DNA of 64,000 nucleotides. Origin: an uncultured Clostridia bacterium. GTDB lineage: Bacteria > Bacillota > Clostridia > TANB77 > CAG-465. Below, piece by piece: positions 41,097 through 53,225 of the stretch. The position numbers were made by a program, and so were the translations under genes. The stretch's first letter is position 1, and the number at the start of each line of letters is the position of its first letter. Location of the stretch: positions 76,961 to 140,960 of the forward strand of contig CARYZD010000004.1 of assembly GCA_949106495.1 (NCBI GenBank), read 5' to 3'. The notes beneath the pieces are model-generated. The model searched no databases. It saw nothing but the letters and a program-made list of their open reading frames with translations, and was not told where the DNA came from.

Positions 41097-42299
41097 TTAT
41101 TCTTTAATGTCAGCTACTGAACCAGCACCAACTGTTTTACCACCTTCACGAATAGCGAATTTTAATCCTTTTTCTATAGCGATTGGAGTGATAAGTTTGA
41201 TTTCCATAGTTACGTTATCACCAGGCATTACCATTTCTGTTCCTGCTGGTAATTCAATAACACCAGTAACGTCAGTTGTTCTGAAGTAGAATTGTGGTCT
41301 GTATCCGTTAAAGAATGGAGTATGTCTTCCACCTTCTTCTTTAGTTAGGATATAAACTTCTGCTGAGAATTCAGTGTGTGGGTGAATTGAACCAGGTTTA
41401 GAAATAACTTGGCCTCTTTCAATTTCACTTCTTTGAACACCTCTTAGAAGTACACCAGCGTTGTCTCCAGCTTCACAAGATTCTAGAGATTTTCTGAACA
41501 TTTCGATACCAGTTACAACTGTTTTTCTCTTTTCATCAGAAAGTCCAACGATTTCAATTTCTTCACCAACTTTAAGAGTTCCTCTTTCGATTCTACCTGT
41601 TGCAACAGTTCCTCTACCTGTGATAGTGAATACGTCTTCAACTGGCATTAAGAAAGGTTTATCAATATCTCTTTCTGGGTTAGGAATATATGCATCAACT
41701 GTTTCTAATAATTCTTTGATTGGTGCATATTCTTCTGCGTTAGGGTCTGTAGAATTAGATTCTAGAACTTTTAATGCAGAACCTTTGATTATTGGAGTAG
41801 TATCTCCAGGGAAATCATATTTAGATAATAGGTCTCTGATATCCATTTCAACTAATTCTAATAGTTCTGGATCATCAACCATATCACATTTGTTCATAAA
41901 TACAACAATGTAAGGAACACCTACTTGTCTTGCAAGAAGAATGTGTTCTCTAGTTTGTGGCATAGGGCCATCTGCAGCAGAAACAACAAGGATAGCACCA
42001 TCCATTTGTGCAGCACCAGTGATCATGTTTTTAACATAGTCAGCGTGTCCTGGACAGTCAACGTGTGCATAGTGTCTGTTTTCTGTTTCATATTCTACGT
42101 GAGCTGTAGAGATAGTGATACCTCTTTGTCTTTCTTCAGGAGCACCATCGATTTGATCATATGCTCTGAATTCAGCTCCACCAGTTAAGCTACAATATTT
42201 AGTGATTGCAGCTGTTAAAGTAGTTTTACCGTGGTCAACATGTCCGATTGTACCAATGTTAACGTGTGGTTTAGTTCTTTCAAACTTAGCTTTTGCCAT
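41097..42299 (-). CDS. tuf: Elongation factor Tu
   Basis: It begins [27 protein letters not shown]. The start was moved to the internal Met, giving 400 aa. Confidence 0.96.
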   Translation of the reverse strand: MAKAKFERTKPHVNIGTIGHVDHGKTTLTAAITKYCSLTGGAEFRAYDQIDGAPEERQRGITISTAHVEYETENRHYAHVDCPGHADYVKNMITGAAQMDGAILVVSAADGPMPQTREHILLARQVGVPYIVVFMNKCDMVDDPELLELVEMDIRDLLSKYDFPGDTTPIIKGSALKVLESNSTDPNAEEYAPIKELLETVDAYIPNPERDIDKPFLMPVEDVFTITGRGTVATGRIERGTLKVGEEIEIVGLSDEKRKTVVTGIEMFRKSLESCEAGDNAGVLLRGVQRSEIERGQVISKPGSIHPHTEFSAEVYILTKEEGGRHTPFFNGYRPQFYFRTTDVTGVIELPAGTEMVMPGDNVTMEIKLITPIAIEKGLKFAIREGGKTVGAGSVADIKE

Positions 42300-42368
42300 T
42301 TTAATATTCCTCCTTAAATTTTTCAACTAACATGCACGCATAGTGCATCAATTATAGTTATTGTACTA

Positions 42369-42399
42369 CACTTTTTCTATTTTTGCAATAGAAAAAGTG
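42369..42399. other. Perfect 12-bp inverted repeat with a 7-nt loop in the fusA-tuf spacer
   Basis: CACTTTTTCTAT-ttttgca-ATAGAAAAAGTG. No U-tract follows on the minus strand. Confidence 0.5.
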
Positions 42400-42426
42400 T
42401 AATTAACCTTATTTTGACATTTTGGA

Positions 42427-44511
42427 TTAGTCTTCTTTTTTAGATCTTTGTGAAACTATTGTTTCAAGTACAGATTTTGGTACTTCTTCATAGTGAGATG
42501 GTTCCATAGAGTAAACACCTCTACCTTGAGTTTTAGATCTTAAATCTGTTGCATATCCAAACATTTCAGAAAGTGGGATAAATGAGTGTATTGTAGTAAC
42601 ACCTTGTTCTGTATCCATACCTTCCATTCTTCCACGTCTTGAGTTTACATCTCCGATAACGTCTCCCATATATTCTTCTGGAACAACGATATCAACTTTC
42701 ATTATTGGTTCAAGTAAAGCAGCTCCACCTTGACGACAAGCTTCTTTAAATGCCATAGATCCTGCAATATGGAATGCAGCTTCTGATGAGTCAACATCAT
42801 GGTAAGAACCATCAACAAGTGCAACTTTAACGTCAACAACAGGATATCCAGCTAGTATACCAGCCTTCATTGCATCTTGAACACCTTCATCAACTGGTTT
42901 AACGTATTCCTTAGGAACAACACCACCAACGATTTTAGATTCAAATGAATATCCTTTTCCTTGTTCATTTGGTTCAACTTCTAGCCATACATGACCATAT
43001 TGACCTTTACCACCAGATTGTCTGATGAACTTACCTTCAACTCTAACTGGTTTTCTAATAGTTTCTTTGTAAGCAACTTGTGGTTTACCAACATTTGCAT
43101 CTACATGGAATTCTCTTTTTAATCTATCAACAATGATATCTAAGTGTAATTCACCCATACCAGCAATGATAGTTTGACCAGTTTCTTGGTTTGTATAAGT
43201 TTTAAATGATGGATCTTCTTCAGCAAGTTTTTGAAGAGCAATTGCCATCTTTTCTTGGTCAGCTTTAGTTTTTGGTTCAATAGAAATGTCAATAACTGGT
43301 TCTGGGAACTCAATTGATTCAAGAATAATTGGGTGTTGTTCATCAGTTAATGAATCACCAGTTGAAACATCTTTTAAACCAACTGCACATGCAATATCTC
43401 CAGAATATACTTTATCTATATCTTGTCTAGAGTTTGAGTGCATTTGAATAAGTCTTCCTATTCTTTCTTTTTTACCTTTGCTTGCATTTAATACGTAAGA
43501 TCCTTTTTCTAGAGTTCCTGAGTATACTCTAAAGAATGTTAATTTACCAACGTATGGATCTGTCATTATTTTAAATGCTAAAGCAGCAAATGGTTCTTCA
43601 TCTGAAGATTTTCTTTCAGACTCTGTTCCATCTTCAAGTATTCCTTTAATATGTGGAATATCTGTTGGAGCTGGCATATAATCTACGATGTCATTTAATA
43701 ATTCTTGTACACCTTTATTTTTATATGAGCTTCCACATGTAACTGGAACTAAAGTATTTGCAATTGTAGATTTTCTAATTGCAGCTTTAATTTCTTCTTC
43801 AGTGAATTCTTCGCCATTTAAATATTTTTCCATTAAATTGTCATCTACTTCTGCTAGATGTTCAATTAATTCTGTTCTATATTTTTCAGCATCAGCTTTC
43901 ATGTCTTCAGGAATAGCTTCTGTTCTAACGTCTTGACCTAATTCATCATAATGAACATATGCTTCCATTTTTACTAAGTCTACAATACCTTTAAAGTAGT
44001 CTTCTTTACCTATTGGAAGTGCGATAGGAATTGCGTTAGCTTTTAATCTATCTCTTAATTGATGTACACAAAGCATAAAGTCTGCTCCAGTAACATCCAT
44101 TTTATTTACATATACCATTCTTGGTACACTATATTTGTCTGCTTGTCTCCAAACAGTTTCTGTTTGTGGTTGTACACCACCTTTTGCAGCTAAAACTGTA
44201 ACTGCACCATCTAGAACTCTAAGAGATCTTTGAACTTCAATTGTAAAGTCAACGTGTCCTGGAGTGTCAATGATGTTAATTCTGTTATTTTTCCAGAAAC
44301 ATGTTGTAGCAGCAGATGTAATTGTGATACCTCTTTCTTGTTCTTGAGCCATCCAATCCATTGTAGCTGCACCATCATGAACTTCACCTATTTTATGTGT
44401 TTTACCAGTATAAAATAGTATTCTTTCTGTAGTTGTTGTTTTACCAGCATCGATGTGAGCCATGATACCGATATTTCTTGTCCTCTCAAGAGGATATTCT
44501 CTTTCAGCCAT
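42427..44511 (-). CDS. fusA: Elongation factor G
   Basis: It contains [13 protein letters not shown] and is 694 aa. Confidence 0.96.
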   Translation of the reverse strand: MAEREYPLERTRNIGIMAHIDAGKTTTTERILFYTGKTHKIGEVHDGAATMDWMAQEQERGITITSAATTCFWKNNRINIIDTPGHVDFTIEVQRSLRVLDGAVTVLAAKGGVQPQTETVWRQADKYSVPRMVYVNKMDVTGADFMLCVHQLRDRLKANAIPIALPIGKEDYFKGIVDLVKMEAYVHYDELGQDVRTEAIPEDMKADAEKYRTELIEHLAEVDDNLMEKYLNGEEFTEEEIKAAIRKSTIANTLVPVTCGSSYKNKGVQELLNDIVDYMPAPTDIPHIKGILEDGTESERKSSDEEPFAALAFKIMTDPYVGKLTFFRVYSGTLEKGSYVLNASKGKKERIGRLIQMHSNSRQDIDKVYSGDIACAVGLKDVSTGDSLTDEQHPIILESIEFPEPVIDISIEPKTKADQEKMAIALQKLAEEDPSFKTYTNQETGQTIIAGMGELHLDIIVDRLKREFHVDANVGKPQVAYKETIRKPVRVEGKFIRQSGGKGQYGHVWLEVEPNEQGKGYSFESKIVGGVVPKEYVKPVDEGVQDAMKAGILAGYPVVDVKVALVDGSYHDVDSSEAAFHIAGSMAFKEACRQGGAALLEPIMKVDIVVPEEYMGDVIGDVNSRRGRMEGMDTEQGVTTIHSFIPLSEMFGYATDLRSKTQGRGVYSMEPSHYEEVPKSVLETIVSQRSKKED

Positions 44512-44550
44512 GAAAAATTAGCCTCCCTTCAATTAATTATAATTTTTCTA

Positions 44551-45072
<522 letters not shown>

Positions 45073-45141
45073 TCAAAAATATTTAATTCTTGTAAGTGCT
45101 CGAGTTAATATCTTAAACTTAAGCGCCTAACTTAATTATTT

Positions 45142-45558
45142 TTATTTTTTCTTTGCTTTTTTTGCACCATATTTTGATTTTGCTTGTACTCTATCTGCAA
45201 CACCTGCAGTATCTAGAACACCTCTAACAATGTGATAACGTACACCTGGTAGGTCTTTTACTCTTCCACCTCTAATTAAAACAACGCTGTGCTCTTGTAG
45301 GTTGTGACCAATACCTGGAATATATGCAGTTACTTCCATTGTATTTGTTAGTCTAACTCTGGCTACTTTTCTTAATGCAGAGTTTGGTTTTTTTGGAGTT
45401 TGAGTTTTAACAACTGTACAAACACCTCTCTTTTGTGGAGAAGATTGATTTGTTGCAGCTTTTTTTCTAGAGTTATAACCTCTTTGTAAAGCTGGAGATT
45501 TAGATTTAGTTGTTTTATTCTCTCTTCCTTTTCTAACTAATTGATTAAATGTAGGCAC
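45142..45558 (-). CDS. rpsL: 30S ribosomal protein S12
   Basis: It begins [12 protein letters not shown] and contains [18 protein letters not shown]. Confidence 0.95.
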   Translation of the reverse strand: MPTFNQLVRKGRENKTTKSKSPALQRGYNSRKKAATNQSSPQKRGVCTVVKTQTPKKPNSALRKVARVRLTNTMEVTAYIPGIGHNLQEHSVVLIRGGRVKDLPGVRYHIVRGVLDTAGVADRVQAKSKYGAKKAKKK

Positions 45559-45613
45559 TTAAATTCACCCCTCTTTCTTTATTTAATGTATAACTTACAT
45601 TAATACGTTAAAT

Positions 45614-45642
45614 ATTATACTAAAAGTTAGAATAAAAGTCAA
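45614..45642 (-). promoter_or_regulatory. Sigma-A promoter of the str operon (rpsL-rpsG-fusA-tuf)
   Basis: Minus-strand TTGACT, a 17-nt spacer, then TATAAT. Confidence 0.55.
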
Positions 45643-45680
45643 TAATTTAAGGAAATGTTACATAAATTTTAGCAATATAA

Positions 45681-45711
45681 AAGACCTTTTAAGCAATGCT
45701 TAAAAAGTCTT
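45681..45711 (-). terminator. Putative terminator after the vWA gene
   Basis: AAGACCTTTTAAGCA / TGCTTAAAAAGTCTT long imperfect hairpin. The U-tract is weak. Confidence 0.35.
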
Positions 45712-45716
45712 TCATT

Positions 45717-48215
45717 CTAATTATTTTCCTCGACATTTGGAATACTTAAACAAATACCAACATCGGTACCTTGATATTTAAATTTATATTCATATTCATC
45801 TGATGCAATTTTAGTATTTTCTTCAATATCCGAAAATTTATATCTGTCTACTTCAATATACTTTGGTATACCAGAATAATTCGGATCATAAACCTCAATT
45901 TTATATTTATTCAAGTTCTTAGAATCTGCTAACAACTTTACTGCAAGAACAGTATAATCGTCATTAATTCTTATCATTACTGGTTCTCCTGATAATAAAG
46001 TCTTAGTTAATTGTGAAAATGCTGTATCATTATTATCAAAGAAATAGAATTTCTCATCTCTATATTTTGTAACATCTAATCTTGAAAGAAGCTTTAACAT
46101 TTTTACATCCTCATTTTTTAACTCAGTATCAGGGTCCTCTTCTCCTAAGAAAGGTTTAATGTCAAATCTAATTGATTCATATTTTTTAAATCCAGCATTA
46201 GGAACATTATAATCAACAGCATATGTAGTAAATCCTAAAGTTTGCAATTGTGATTTTATAGTTTGGTTAATACCTAAAGCACCTCTATTAGCTGTAGATG
46301 ACCAAAAGTTATCTGGAAATTCAGATAATATACTTATAGATTCTGGTATATAAGTTCTTAATGTTGTTCCTGACATTTCTATCTTAGTAGATGTAACAGT
46401 TGGTGTTTCAATAATAGTACCATTTGACGTAGTAACCTTTTTAGCTCCTAATTTATTTGGTAATTTATTATCATATAATAGTTTAGCATATAAGACCATT
46501 CCATAGCCATATCCATGTTCTACTTGTGTATTAGAAAAGTTAGAAAATGAAAATCCATCTCTTCCAACTAAAAATCCAGAGTTAGCAATTACTATTGAAT
46601 CATCAACATTGTCATTATTTGTATCATATAAACCATAATTTAATTCTGCTGAAATCAACGCAAATGTATCTTCTAAATCCTCAGCTGTAGATGCATAATA
46701 ATATTTTCCTTTTGTTTGACTAGAAATCATTTTAAGGTTTTTCTCATCTATTGTATTTCCAAGTCCTATAGTATAAACTTTAATTCCTTTTTCTACTGCA
46801 AGTGCAATTTGTTTTTCAAGTAACTCATCATCATAGTTTTCCCCATCAGTATCTTTACCATCAGATAATAATACAATATATCTTCTATTGTTTTCTTCAT
46901 CATCTGTAAATTGTGCTATTCCGCCTTTTAGTCCTTCACCAATATATGTTCCTGTAAAATTTTCTGGAACTGTTTTTATTGTTGAAACCCTATTTTTTAC
47001 AGTATCTTTATCTGCTGTTAATTTTGATAATTCTGAATATTCAAATGTAAATTTCCCAGCTCCAAATCTATAATTTCCTTTTAATCCACTAATTAAGTCA
47101 TTAATTACATCCACTCTTTTAAATGTAGGATCATTTTCTTCACTTTCAGCGTATTCATCTTTAGAATACATTGAACCAGAGTTATCTATTATAAATACAA
47201 GTTCAGTAGATAAATTTGAAGTAAGTTTAGATGAATCAGCAACAAAGTATTTTTTAAATTCACTTGTAGTAAATGTTAATGTTGATTTATTTGTATCAAT
47301 ATCTGTTCTAATTTTAGTAAAACTATTATCATCATCATTTAATTCATATACTGCTAATGAATTCTCTGATAGACCTTTTTCACTTACTTTATTTTTATCA
47401 TAAGTTATTGTTATCTTTGCGTCATCTAATTGTGCTTCTGTGTAAATTGAGTATATTCCATCTAGTACTGAACTAACATTATTTAAAGTTTCAGTAGAAT
47501 ATCTATCAATTGATGTACGAGTAAAGTTTCCTTTACCAGTCATTCTTAACGTAACTCTATCTTTTTTAAATGTATAATCAAATTTTCTTTCTCCATCCTT
47601 TAGTCCATCGCCCTTACTATCAGCTTTTGTTGGATCAAGCCCCATTATAATTTCATCACCATCATATAGGCCATCGCCATCTGTATCTTTTTCTGTTTGT
47701 GATGTTCCACTATATGAAGCTTCATATATATCAGCAAGACCATCACCATCTGTATCTTTACAAGCAATTTTATAATCTGAATTTTTGTATAAACTTGATA
47801 ATTCATTTCCAATAATAGTAACATATTTTGTAGCAGATGTATCTTCTGTACTTGCTGTAATAGAATATGTTCCTTCATCAGTTGGAAGTTCCCAAGTAAC
47901 TGTACCATCTTCATTTATATCTAGCATTCCTGCGCTTACTTCCCATTTAAATGAAGTATTAACTACATCATTAAATTTTTTAGCAACTGCTTGATATTCC
48001 ATTACTCTTGCTTTAGTTGCAACAACATTTCCTAATTCTTCGTCTGAATTAGATATTGTTATTTTAACAGGCGCAAACATTATAAACACTATCATAAGCA
48101 TTATTAATAAAAAAATCATAATAAAACTAGCAATTATTAATGCTTTTCTATGATCGTCTATAAAATCTAAAGTATCATCTCTAAAATCAAGAAAAAAATC
48201 TTTTAAATTATCCAT
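45717..48215 (-). CDS. Membrane-anchored multidomain surface protein: thrombospondin type-3-like Ca-binding repeats, a von Willebrand factor A domain, and a C-terminal domain of unknown function
   Basis: It has an N-terminal TM helix (IIASFIMIFLLIMLMIVFIMF). It has repeated DTDGDGLxD motifs. The vWA MIDAS is DNSGSM, with LLSDG and TIGLG. The start was moved to MDNLKD, where AAGGAG lies upstream. Confidence 0.7.
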   Translation of the reverse strand: MDNLKDFFLDFRDDTLDFIDDHRKALIIASFIMIFLLIMLMIVFIMFAPVKITISNSDEELGNVVATKARVMEYQAVAKKFNDVVNTSFKWEVSAGMLDINEDGTVTWELPTDEGTYSITASTEDTSATKYVTIIGNELSSLYKNSDYKIACKDTDGDGLADIYEASYSGTSQTEKDTDGDGLYDGDEIIMGLDPTKADSKGDGLKDGERKFDYTFKKDRVTLRMTGKGNFTRTSIDRYSTETLNNVSSVLDGIYSIYTEAQLDDAKITITYDKNKVSEKGLSENSLAVYELNDDDNSFTKIRTDIDTNKSTLTFTTSEFKKYFVADSSKLTSNLSTELVFIIDNSGSMYSKDEYAESEENDPTFKRVDVINDLISGLKGNYRFGAGKFTFEYSELSKLTADKDTVKNRVSTIKTVPENFTGTYIGEGLKGGIAQFTDDEENNRRYIVLLSDGKDTDGENYDDELLEKQIALAVEKGIKVYTIGLGNTIDEKNLKMISSQTKGKYYYASTAEDLEDTFALISAELNYGLYDTNNDNVDDSIVIANSGFLVGRDGFSFSNFSNTQVEHGYGYGMVLYAKLLYDNKLPNKLGAKKVTTSNGTIIETPTVTSTKIEMSGTTLRTYIPESISILSEFPDNFWSSTANRGALGINQTIKSQLQTLGFTTYAVDYNVPNAGFKKYESIRFDIKPFLGEEDPDTELKNEDVKMLKLLSRLDVTKYRDEKFYFFDNNDTAFSQLTKTLLSGEPVMIRINDDYTVLAVKLLADSKNLNKYKIEVYDPNYSGIPKYIEVDRYKFSDIEENTKIASDEYEYKFKYQGTDVGICLSIPNVEENN

Positions 48216-48278
48216 ATTATCAATTCTCCTTAGTTCAAATATATACATAATTATATATTATATAAAAAATTAATTCAA

Positions 48279-49463
48279 CTAATTTTTTGGTATTATTATA
48301 TCATTTTGAATATTATAATAATACATTTTAGAACCATTTAAAAATGATTCATCAATTTTCTTTAATGAAGTGAGAACTTGTGATATTCTATCTCCAATAT
48401 TTCCTTCTAAATAAAATTCTATATATCTCTTATCACTAAATTTATCACATATTTCCTTTAGTCTTTCATATAAAACATCATCTGAATTTATTTTTAAATT
48501 ATTATAATTATAATAATTATATTTGTCTGTATTAGTGGTAGGTATAATTTCTTCATTGTCTAATGATGCAATTTTTTTTATTTCATCTGTTGTAAGATTG
48601 AAATATGCATGATTTACAATTTCTGTTTCGTCATATATTGAATGTGAAGATGTTAAATCTACATGATACCACTCGTCTTCTATTTTTACTAAATTCCATG
48701 CATGTGCGCTATTATCTAAAGAACCTAATACAATTATGCTATCAATACCAGCCTTATTATATATTAATTGTAAAGATTTAGAAAAACTATCACATACACC
48801 AATATTCTCAAGTAAAGTTCCCTCTGCAGTATGATAAGCTCTTGGTAATTCATCAAGTTTAGAATACTCTACGTCATATGATAACTTATCATGAATTTGT
48901 ATTTCTTTTTCATACTCACTTAAATCTTCTAAACCACTAATATAACTATTAATTTTTTCTGACATTAAATCTATCTTAGCTTGTATCTCTTCTTTATTTG
49001 ATTCTGTGTAATTTAATTTTACATATCCTATATTACCATTAAATGAAGATAAAACATATGAAGAGTATTGTGATTTAAGATAAAACACCTCTGGATGATC
49101 ATTTGTAAATGACTCTATTGCAATATTTACTTCATTTGCAAAATTATCTTTATCTCCTGCTACATAATCTCTTATAACAAACTCTTCTTGAAAATTTTTA
49201 ACACCATTTGCAATTGATGTATATATTTTCTTTTGATCTTCTGTTAAAAAATCATAATAATATGTATTCATTGATATACTGAGTTCATTTATTTTAAAGT
49301 TTTCTCCATATTCTTCAAATGGATTTGTATTCTCTTCTATTTTTTCTCTAACTAAATTACCAGTTTTCTTTGGTATTTCAGTAAAAAAAGTAATATATAT
49401 AACTATTATTACAATAATACTTATTACAATAAAATTACAAATCTTCTTTAATGTACTTCCCAT
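48279..49463 (-). CDS. Membrane-anchored transglutaminase-like cysteine peptidase superfamily protein
   Basis: It has an N-terminal signal anchor. Its Cys-His-Asp core is GVCDSFSKS...SAHAWNLVKIEDEWYHVDLT. Confidence 0.65.
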   Translation of the reverse strand: MGSTLKKICNFIVISIIVIIVIYITFFTEIPKKTGNLVREKIEENTNPFEEYGENFKINELSISMNTYYYDFLTEDQKKIYTSIANGVKNFQEEFVIRDYVAGDKDNFANEVNIAIESFTNDHPEVFYLKSQYSSYVLSSFNGNIGYVKLNYTESNKEEIQAKIDLMSEKINSYISGLEDLSEYEKEIQIHDKLSYDVEYSKLDELPRAYHTAEGTLLENIGVCDSFSKSLQLIYNKAGIDSIIVLGSLDNSAHAWNLVKIEDEWYHVDLTSSHSIYDETEIVNHAYFNLTTDEIKKIASLDNEEIIPTTNTDKYNYYNYNNLKINSDDVLYERLKEICDKFSDKRYIEFYLEGNIGDRISQVLTSLKKIDESFLNGSKMYYYNIQNDIIIPKN

Positions 49464-49555
49464 AAGCTTTCTCCTTTATTCATATACAATTTTATTATAT
49501 ATATATTATTTTTTCAAGGAAATTAGTCTTAAATTAATATATCTATCAAATAATA

Positions 49556-49592
49556 TAAAAAGGTTAGAAAATATAATTTCTAACCTTTCTGT
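49556..49592 (-). terminator. Intrinsic terminator after rpoC
   Basis: AGGTTAGAAA / TTTCTAACCT stem with a T-rich tract on the minus strand. Confidence 0.55.
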
Positions 49593-49594
49593 TA

Positions 49595-52500
49595 TTATTC
49601 AACTATGTCTGAATTTTGAGAATAAACCATGTCATCATTTAAATCAGCTTTTATAGCTTTTTTCATAACTTCATCGTCTACAATTGGTTCTTCAGACATA
49701 TTTAATTCTTCTTCTGTAACTATATCAATATTGTTTGCATTTACAATACCTGTTCCAGCAGGAATTAAACGTCCAATTATAACATTCTCTTTCAATCCTT
49801 GTAGTTTATCTACTTTTCCTTTTATTGCAGCATCTGTTAATACTCTAGCTGTTTCCTGGAATGATGCAGCAGATAAGAATGAATCTGTAAGTAAAGCAAC
49901 TTTAGTAATACCAAGTAGAACTTTTCTTCCTTTAGCAGGTTTTTTACCTTCTGCTTTAGCATCCTTATTTGCTTTATTAAATTCAGTCATATCTATTGTT
50001 GATGCAGCAATTAAATCTGTATCTCCTGCATCTTCAACATATATTTTTCTTAGCATTTGACGTGCAACAATTTCAATGTGTTTATCATCAATATTAACAC
50101 CTTGTGTTCTATATACTTTTTGAACTTCTTCAATTAAGTAGTTTTGAACAGCAACTTCACCTTTGATACGTATAATATCATGAGGATCTAATGAACCTTC
50201 AGTTAATCTATCTCCAGCTTCAATTTTTTGACCATCAGTAACTGCAAGTCTAGCACCATATGGTATTAAATATTTTTCAGCAGTTTTTTCATCAGATGTA
50301 ACTGTAACTTCCTTATTATTTCCATGGTCACCTATTGATACAATACCATCAATTTCAGAAACCATAGCAACACCCTTAGGCTTTCTAGCTTCAAATAGCT
50401 CTTCAACTCTAGGAAGACCTTGAGTAATATCAGTACCAGCAACACCACCTTGGTGGAATGTTCTCATGGTTAACTGTGTACCAGGTTCACCTATAGATTG
50501 TGCAGCTATTATACCTATAGCTTCACCAACAGATATTGGATCTCCAGTTGCAAGGTTTTTACCATAACATTTAGCACAAACCCCTCTTACAGATTCACAA
50601 GTAAGTGCAGATCTAATTTTAACGCTTTCAATTCCTGTGTCTATAATAATTCTTGCTATTTTATCTGTTACATATGTTCCATTTGGAACAATTATATCTC
50701 CATTTTCTTCTAAAATATCTTGAGCAAGATATCTTCCTTCAATTCTTTCTTCAAGTTTTTCAATTGCCTCTCCAGATTCTTTAATAGTTTGAACCATTAA
50801 TCCATCGTGAGTTCCACAATCATCTTCCATAACTATAACATCTTGGTTAACGTCAACAAGTCTTCTTGTTAAGTATCCAGAATCGGCTGTTCTTAACGCA
50901 GTATCTGCTAGACCTTTTCTTGCACCATGAGATGATATAAAGAATTCAAGAACATCTAGACCATCTTTAAAGCATGATTTAATTGGAATTTCAACTGTTT
51001 TACCTTCAGTATCAGCCATAAGTCCACGAATACCAGTTAACTGTCTAATCTGTGTTGGGTTACCTCTGGCACCAGTATGAGCCATCATTTGAATTGGATT
51101 TAATTTATTTGGATTGCTCATAACAGCTGCTTGAATATCATCTGTTGCTTTTGACCAAACTTTAATTGTTTCATTGTATCTTTCTTCGTCAGTTATAAGA
51201 CCACGTTTAAAGTTCTTACGAATACCTTCAACTTTAGTTTCAGCATCTTCAAGAATTTGAGCTTTAGCTTCAGGAACCTCCATATCTGCTACTGATACTG
51301 TAACAGCAGCCCTTGTAGAATATTTATATCCATTAGCTTTAATATTATCTAATACAACTGCAGTATCTGATATACCATGTTTAGTGATACATTTATCTAC
51401 TATTATTCCTAGTTCTTTCTTTCTAACTGGAAATTCAATTTCAAGTTTTAATTCATTTCCTAAAATTGTTCTATCAACAAATCCTAAGTCTTGTGGAATA
51501 TAACTGTTAAATATTAATCTACCTGGTGTAGCATCAATAATTCCAGTCAATTCTTCTCCACCAACATTTCTTGTTACTCTTACTTTAATTGCAGAGTGAA
51601 TTCCAAGAATACCTTGGTCATATGCCATTAAAACTTCATCTTCACTAGCAAATACTTTTCCTTCTCCTGGTTCACCTTCAACATCAACAGTTAAATAGTA
51701 ACTTCCAAGTATCATATCTTGAGATGGAACAGCAACTGGTTTACCATCTTGAAGTTTTAATAAATTATTTGAAGCAAGCATTAATAACTTAGCTTCTGCA
51801 ACAGCTTCTGGTGATAATGGAACGTGAACAGCCATTTGGTCACCATCGAAGTCTGCGTTAAATGCTGTACATACTAATGGATGTAATTTTATAGCTCTAC
51901 CTTCAACAAGAACTGGTTCAAATGCTTGAATACCAAGTCTATGTAAAGTAGGTGCACGGTTTAACATTACAGGTCTATCTTTTATTACATCTTCTAATAC
52001 ATCCCATGCTTCTACACTAGTTTTTTCAACTAAAGTTTTGGCATTTTTTATATTATTAGCAATTCCCTTTGCTACTAATTCTTTCATTACAAAAGGTTTA
52101 AATAATTCAAGGGCCATTTCTCTAGGTAAACCACATTGATGTATTTTAAGTTCTGGTCCAACAACAATAACTGAACGTCCAGAATAATCAACTCTTTTAC
52201 CTAGTAAGTTTTGTCTGAATCTACCTTGTTTTCCTTTTAACATATCTGAAAGAGATTTTAAAGCTCTTCCGCCTGCACCAGTAATTGGTTTACCACGTCT
52301 ACCATTATCTATTAATGCATCAACAGCTTCTTGTAACATTCTCTTTTCATTTCTAACAATAATATCAGGAGCTTCTAATTCTAATAACTTTTTAAGTCTG
52401 TTATTTCTATTTATAACTCTTCTGTATAAATCATTTAAATCTGATGTAGCAAATCTACCACCATCAAGTTGAACCATTGGTCTTAAATCTGGTGGAATAA

Positions 52501-53200
52501 CTGGTAATGCTTCAAGTATCATCCATTCTGGTCTATTTCCAGAAGTAATGAATGACTCAACTGTATCAAGTCTTTTAATTATTTTTTGTCTTTTAGCACC
52601 ACTAGCTTTTTCTAATTCTTTTCTAAGTTCTTTTTCAAGTTTTTTAAGGTCCACTTTAGCTAAAAGTTCTTTTATAGCTTCTGCACCCATTCCAACTCTT
52701 AAAGAATCTCTTCCATATTTTTCTATAGCTTCTCTATATTCTTTTTCATTTAATATATCACATGTTTTAAAAGCTGTATCTTTTGCATCTAATACAATAT
52801 ATGATGCATAATATAATACTTTTTCTAATGCTTTTGGTGATATATCTAATAATGTACTCATTCTTCCAGGTATTCCTTTGAAGAACCAGATGTGTGAGAC
52901 AGGACAAGCAAGTTCAATATGTCCCATTCTCTCACGTCTTACTTTTTTCTTTGTAACTTCAACTCCACATCTGTCACAAATTATTCCTTTATATCTAACC
53001 TTTTTGTACTTACCACAGTAGCATTCCCAGTCCTTAGTAGGTCCAAAAATCTTTTCACAAAATAGTCCGTCTCTTTCTGGTTTAAGTGTTCTATAATTGA
53101 TAGTTTCTGGTTTTTTAACTTCTCCTTTTGACCATTCTCTAATCTTTTCTGGAGAGGCAAGACCAATACTTATTCTATCAAAATTATCCATATCTTGCAT
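49595..53200 (-). CDS. rpoC: DNA-directed RNA polymerase subunit beta'
   Basis: It is 1201 aa and has NADFDGD and zinc-finger Cys motifs. Confidence 0.97.
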   Translation of the reverse strand: MQDMDNFDRISIGLASPEKIREWSKGEVKKPETINYRTLKPERDGLFCEKIFGPTKDWECYCGKYKKVRYKGIICDRCGVEVTKKKVRRERMGHIELACPVSHIWFFKGIPGRMSTLLDISPKALEKVLYYASYIVLDAKDTAFKTCDILNEKEYREAIEKYGRDSLRVGMGAEAIKELLAKVDLKKLEKELRKELEKASGAKRQKIIKRLDTVESFITSGNRPEWMILEALPVIPPDLRPMVQLDGGRFATSDLNDLYRRVINRNNRLKKLLELEAPDIIVRNEKRMLQEAVDALIDNGRRGKPITGAGGRALKSLSDMLKGKQGRFRQNLLGKRVDYSGRSVIVVGPELKIHQCGLPREMALELFKPFVMKELVAKGIANNIKNAKTLVEKTSVEAWDVLEDVIKDRPVMLNRAPTLHRLGIQAFEPVLVEGRAIKLHPLVCTAFNADFDGDQMAVHVPLSPEAVAEAKLLMLASNNLLKLQDGKPVAVPSQDMILGSYYLTVDVEGEPGEGKVFASEDEVLMAYDQGILGIHSAIKVRVTRNVGGEELTGIIDATPGRLIFNSYIPQDLGFVDRTILGNELKLEIEFPVRKKELGIIVDKCITKHGISDTAVVLDNIKANGYKYSTRAAVTVSVADMEVPEAKAQILEDAETKVEGIRKNFKRGLITDEERYNETIKVWSKATDDIQAAVMSNPNKLNPIQMMAHTGARGNPTQIRQLTGIRGLMADTEGKTVEIPIKSCFKDGLDVLEFFISSHGARKGLADTALRTADSGYLTRRLVDVNQDVIVMEDDCGTHDGLMVQTIKESGEAIEKLEERIEGRYLAQDILEENGDIIVPNGTYVTDKIARIIIDTGIESVKIRSALTCESVRGVCAKCYGKNLATGDPISVGEAIGIIAAQSIGEPGTQLTMRTFHQGGVAGTDITQGLPRVEELFEARKPKGVAMVSEIDGIVSIGDHGNNKEVTVTSDEKTAEKYLIPYGARLAVTDGQKIEAGDRLTEGSLDPHDIIRIKGEVAVQNYLIEEVQKVYRTQGVNIDDKHIEIVARQMLRKIYVEDAGDTDLIAASTIDMTEFNKANKDAKAEGKKPAKGRKVLLGITKVALLTDSFLSAASFQETARVLTDAAIKGKVDKLQGLKENVIIGRLIPAGTGIVNANNIDIVTEEELNMSEEPIVDDEVMKKAIKADLNDDMVYSQNSDIVE

Positions 53201-53225
53201 TTTATAATCCCCCTTACACCTTTAT

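Noticed and set aside
41107-42188. Plus-strand ORFs inside tuf (41107..41289, 41461..41913, 41925..42188), and similar ones inside fusA, rpsG, rpoB, rpoC and the vWA gene.
   Set aside because: They are antisense to highly conserved genes and are Ser/Ile-rich shadow frames.
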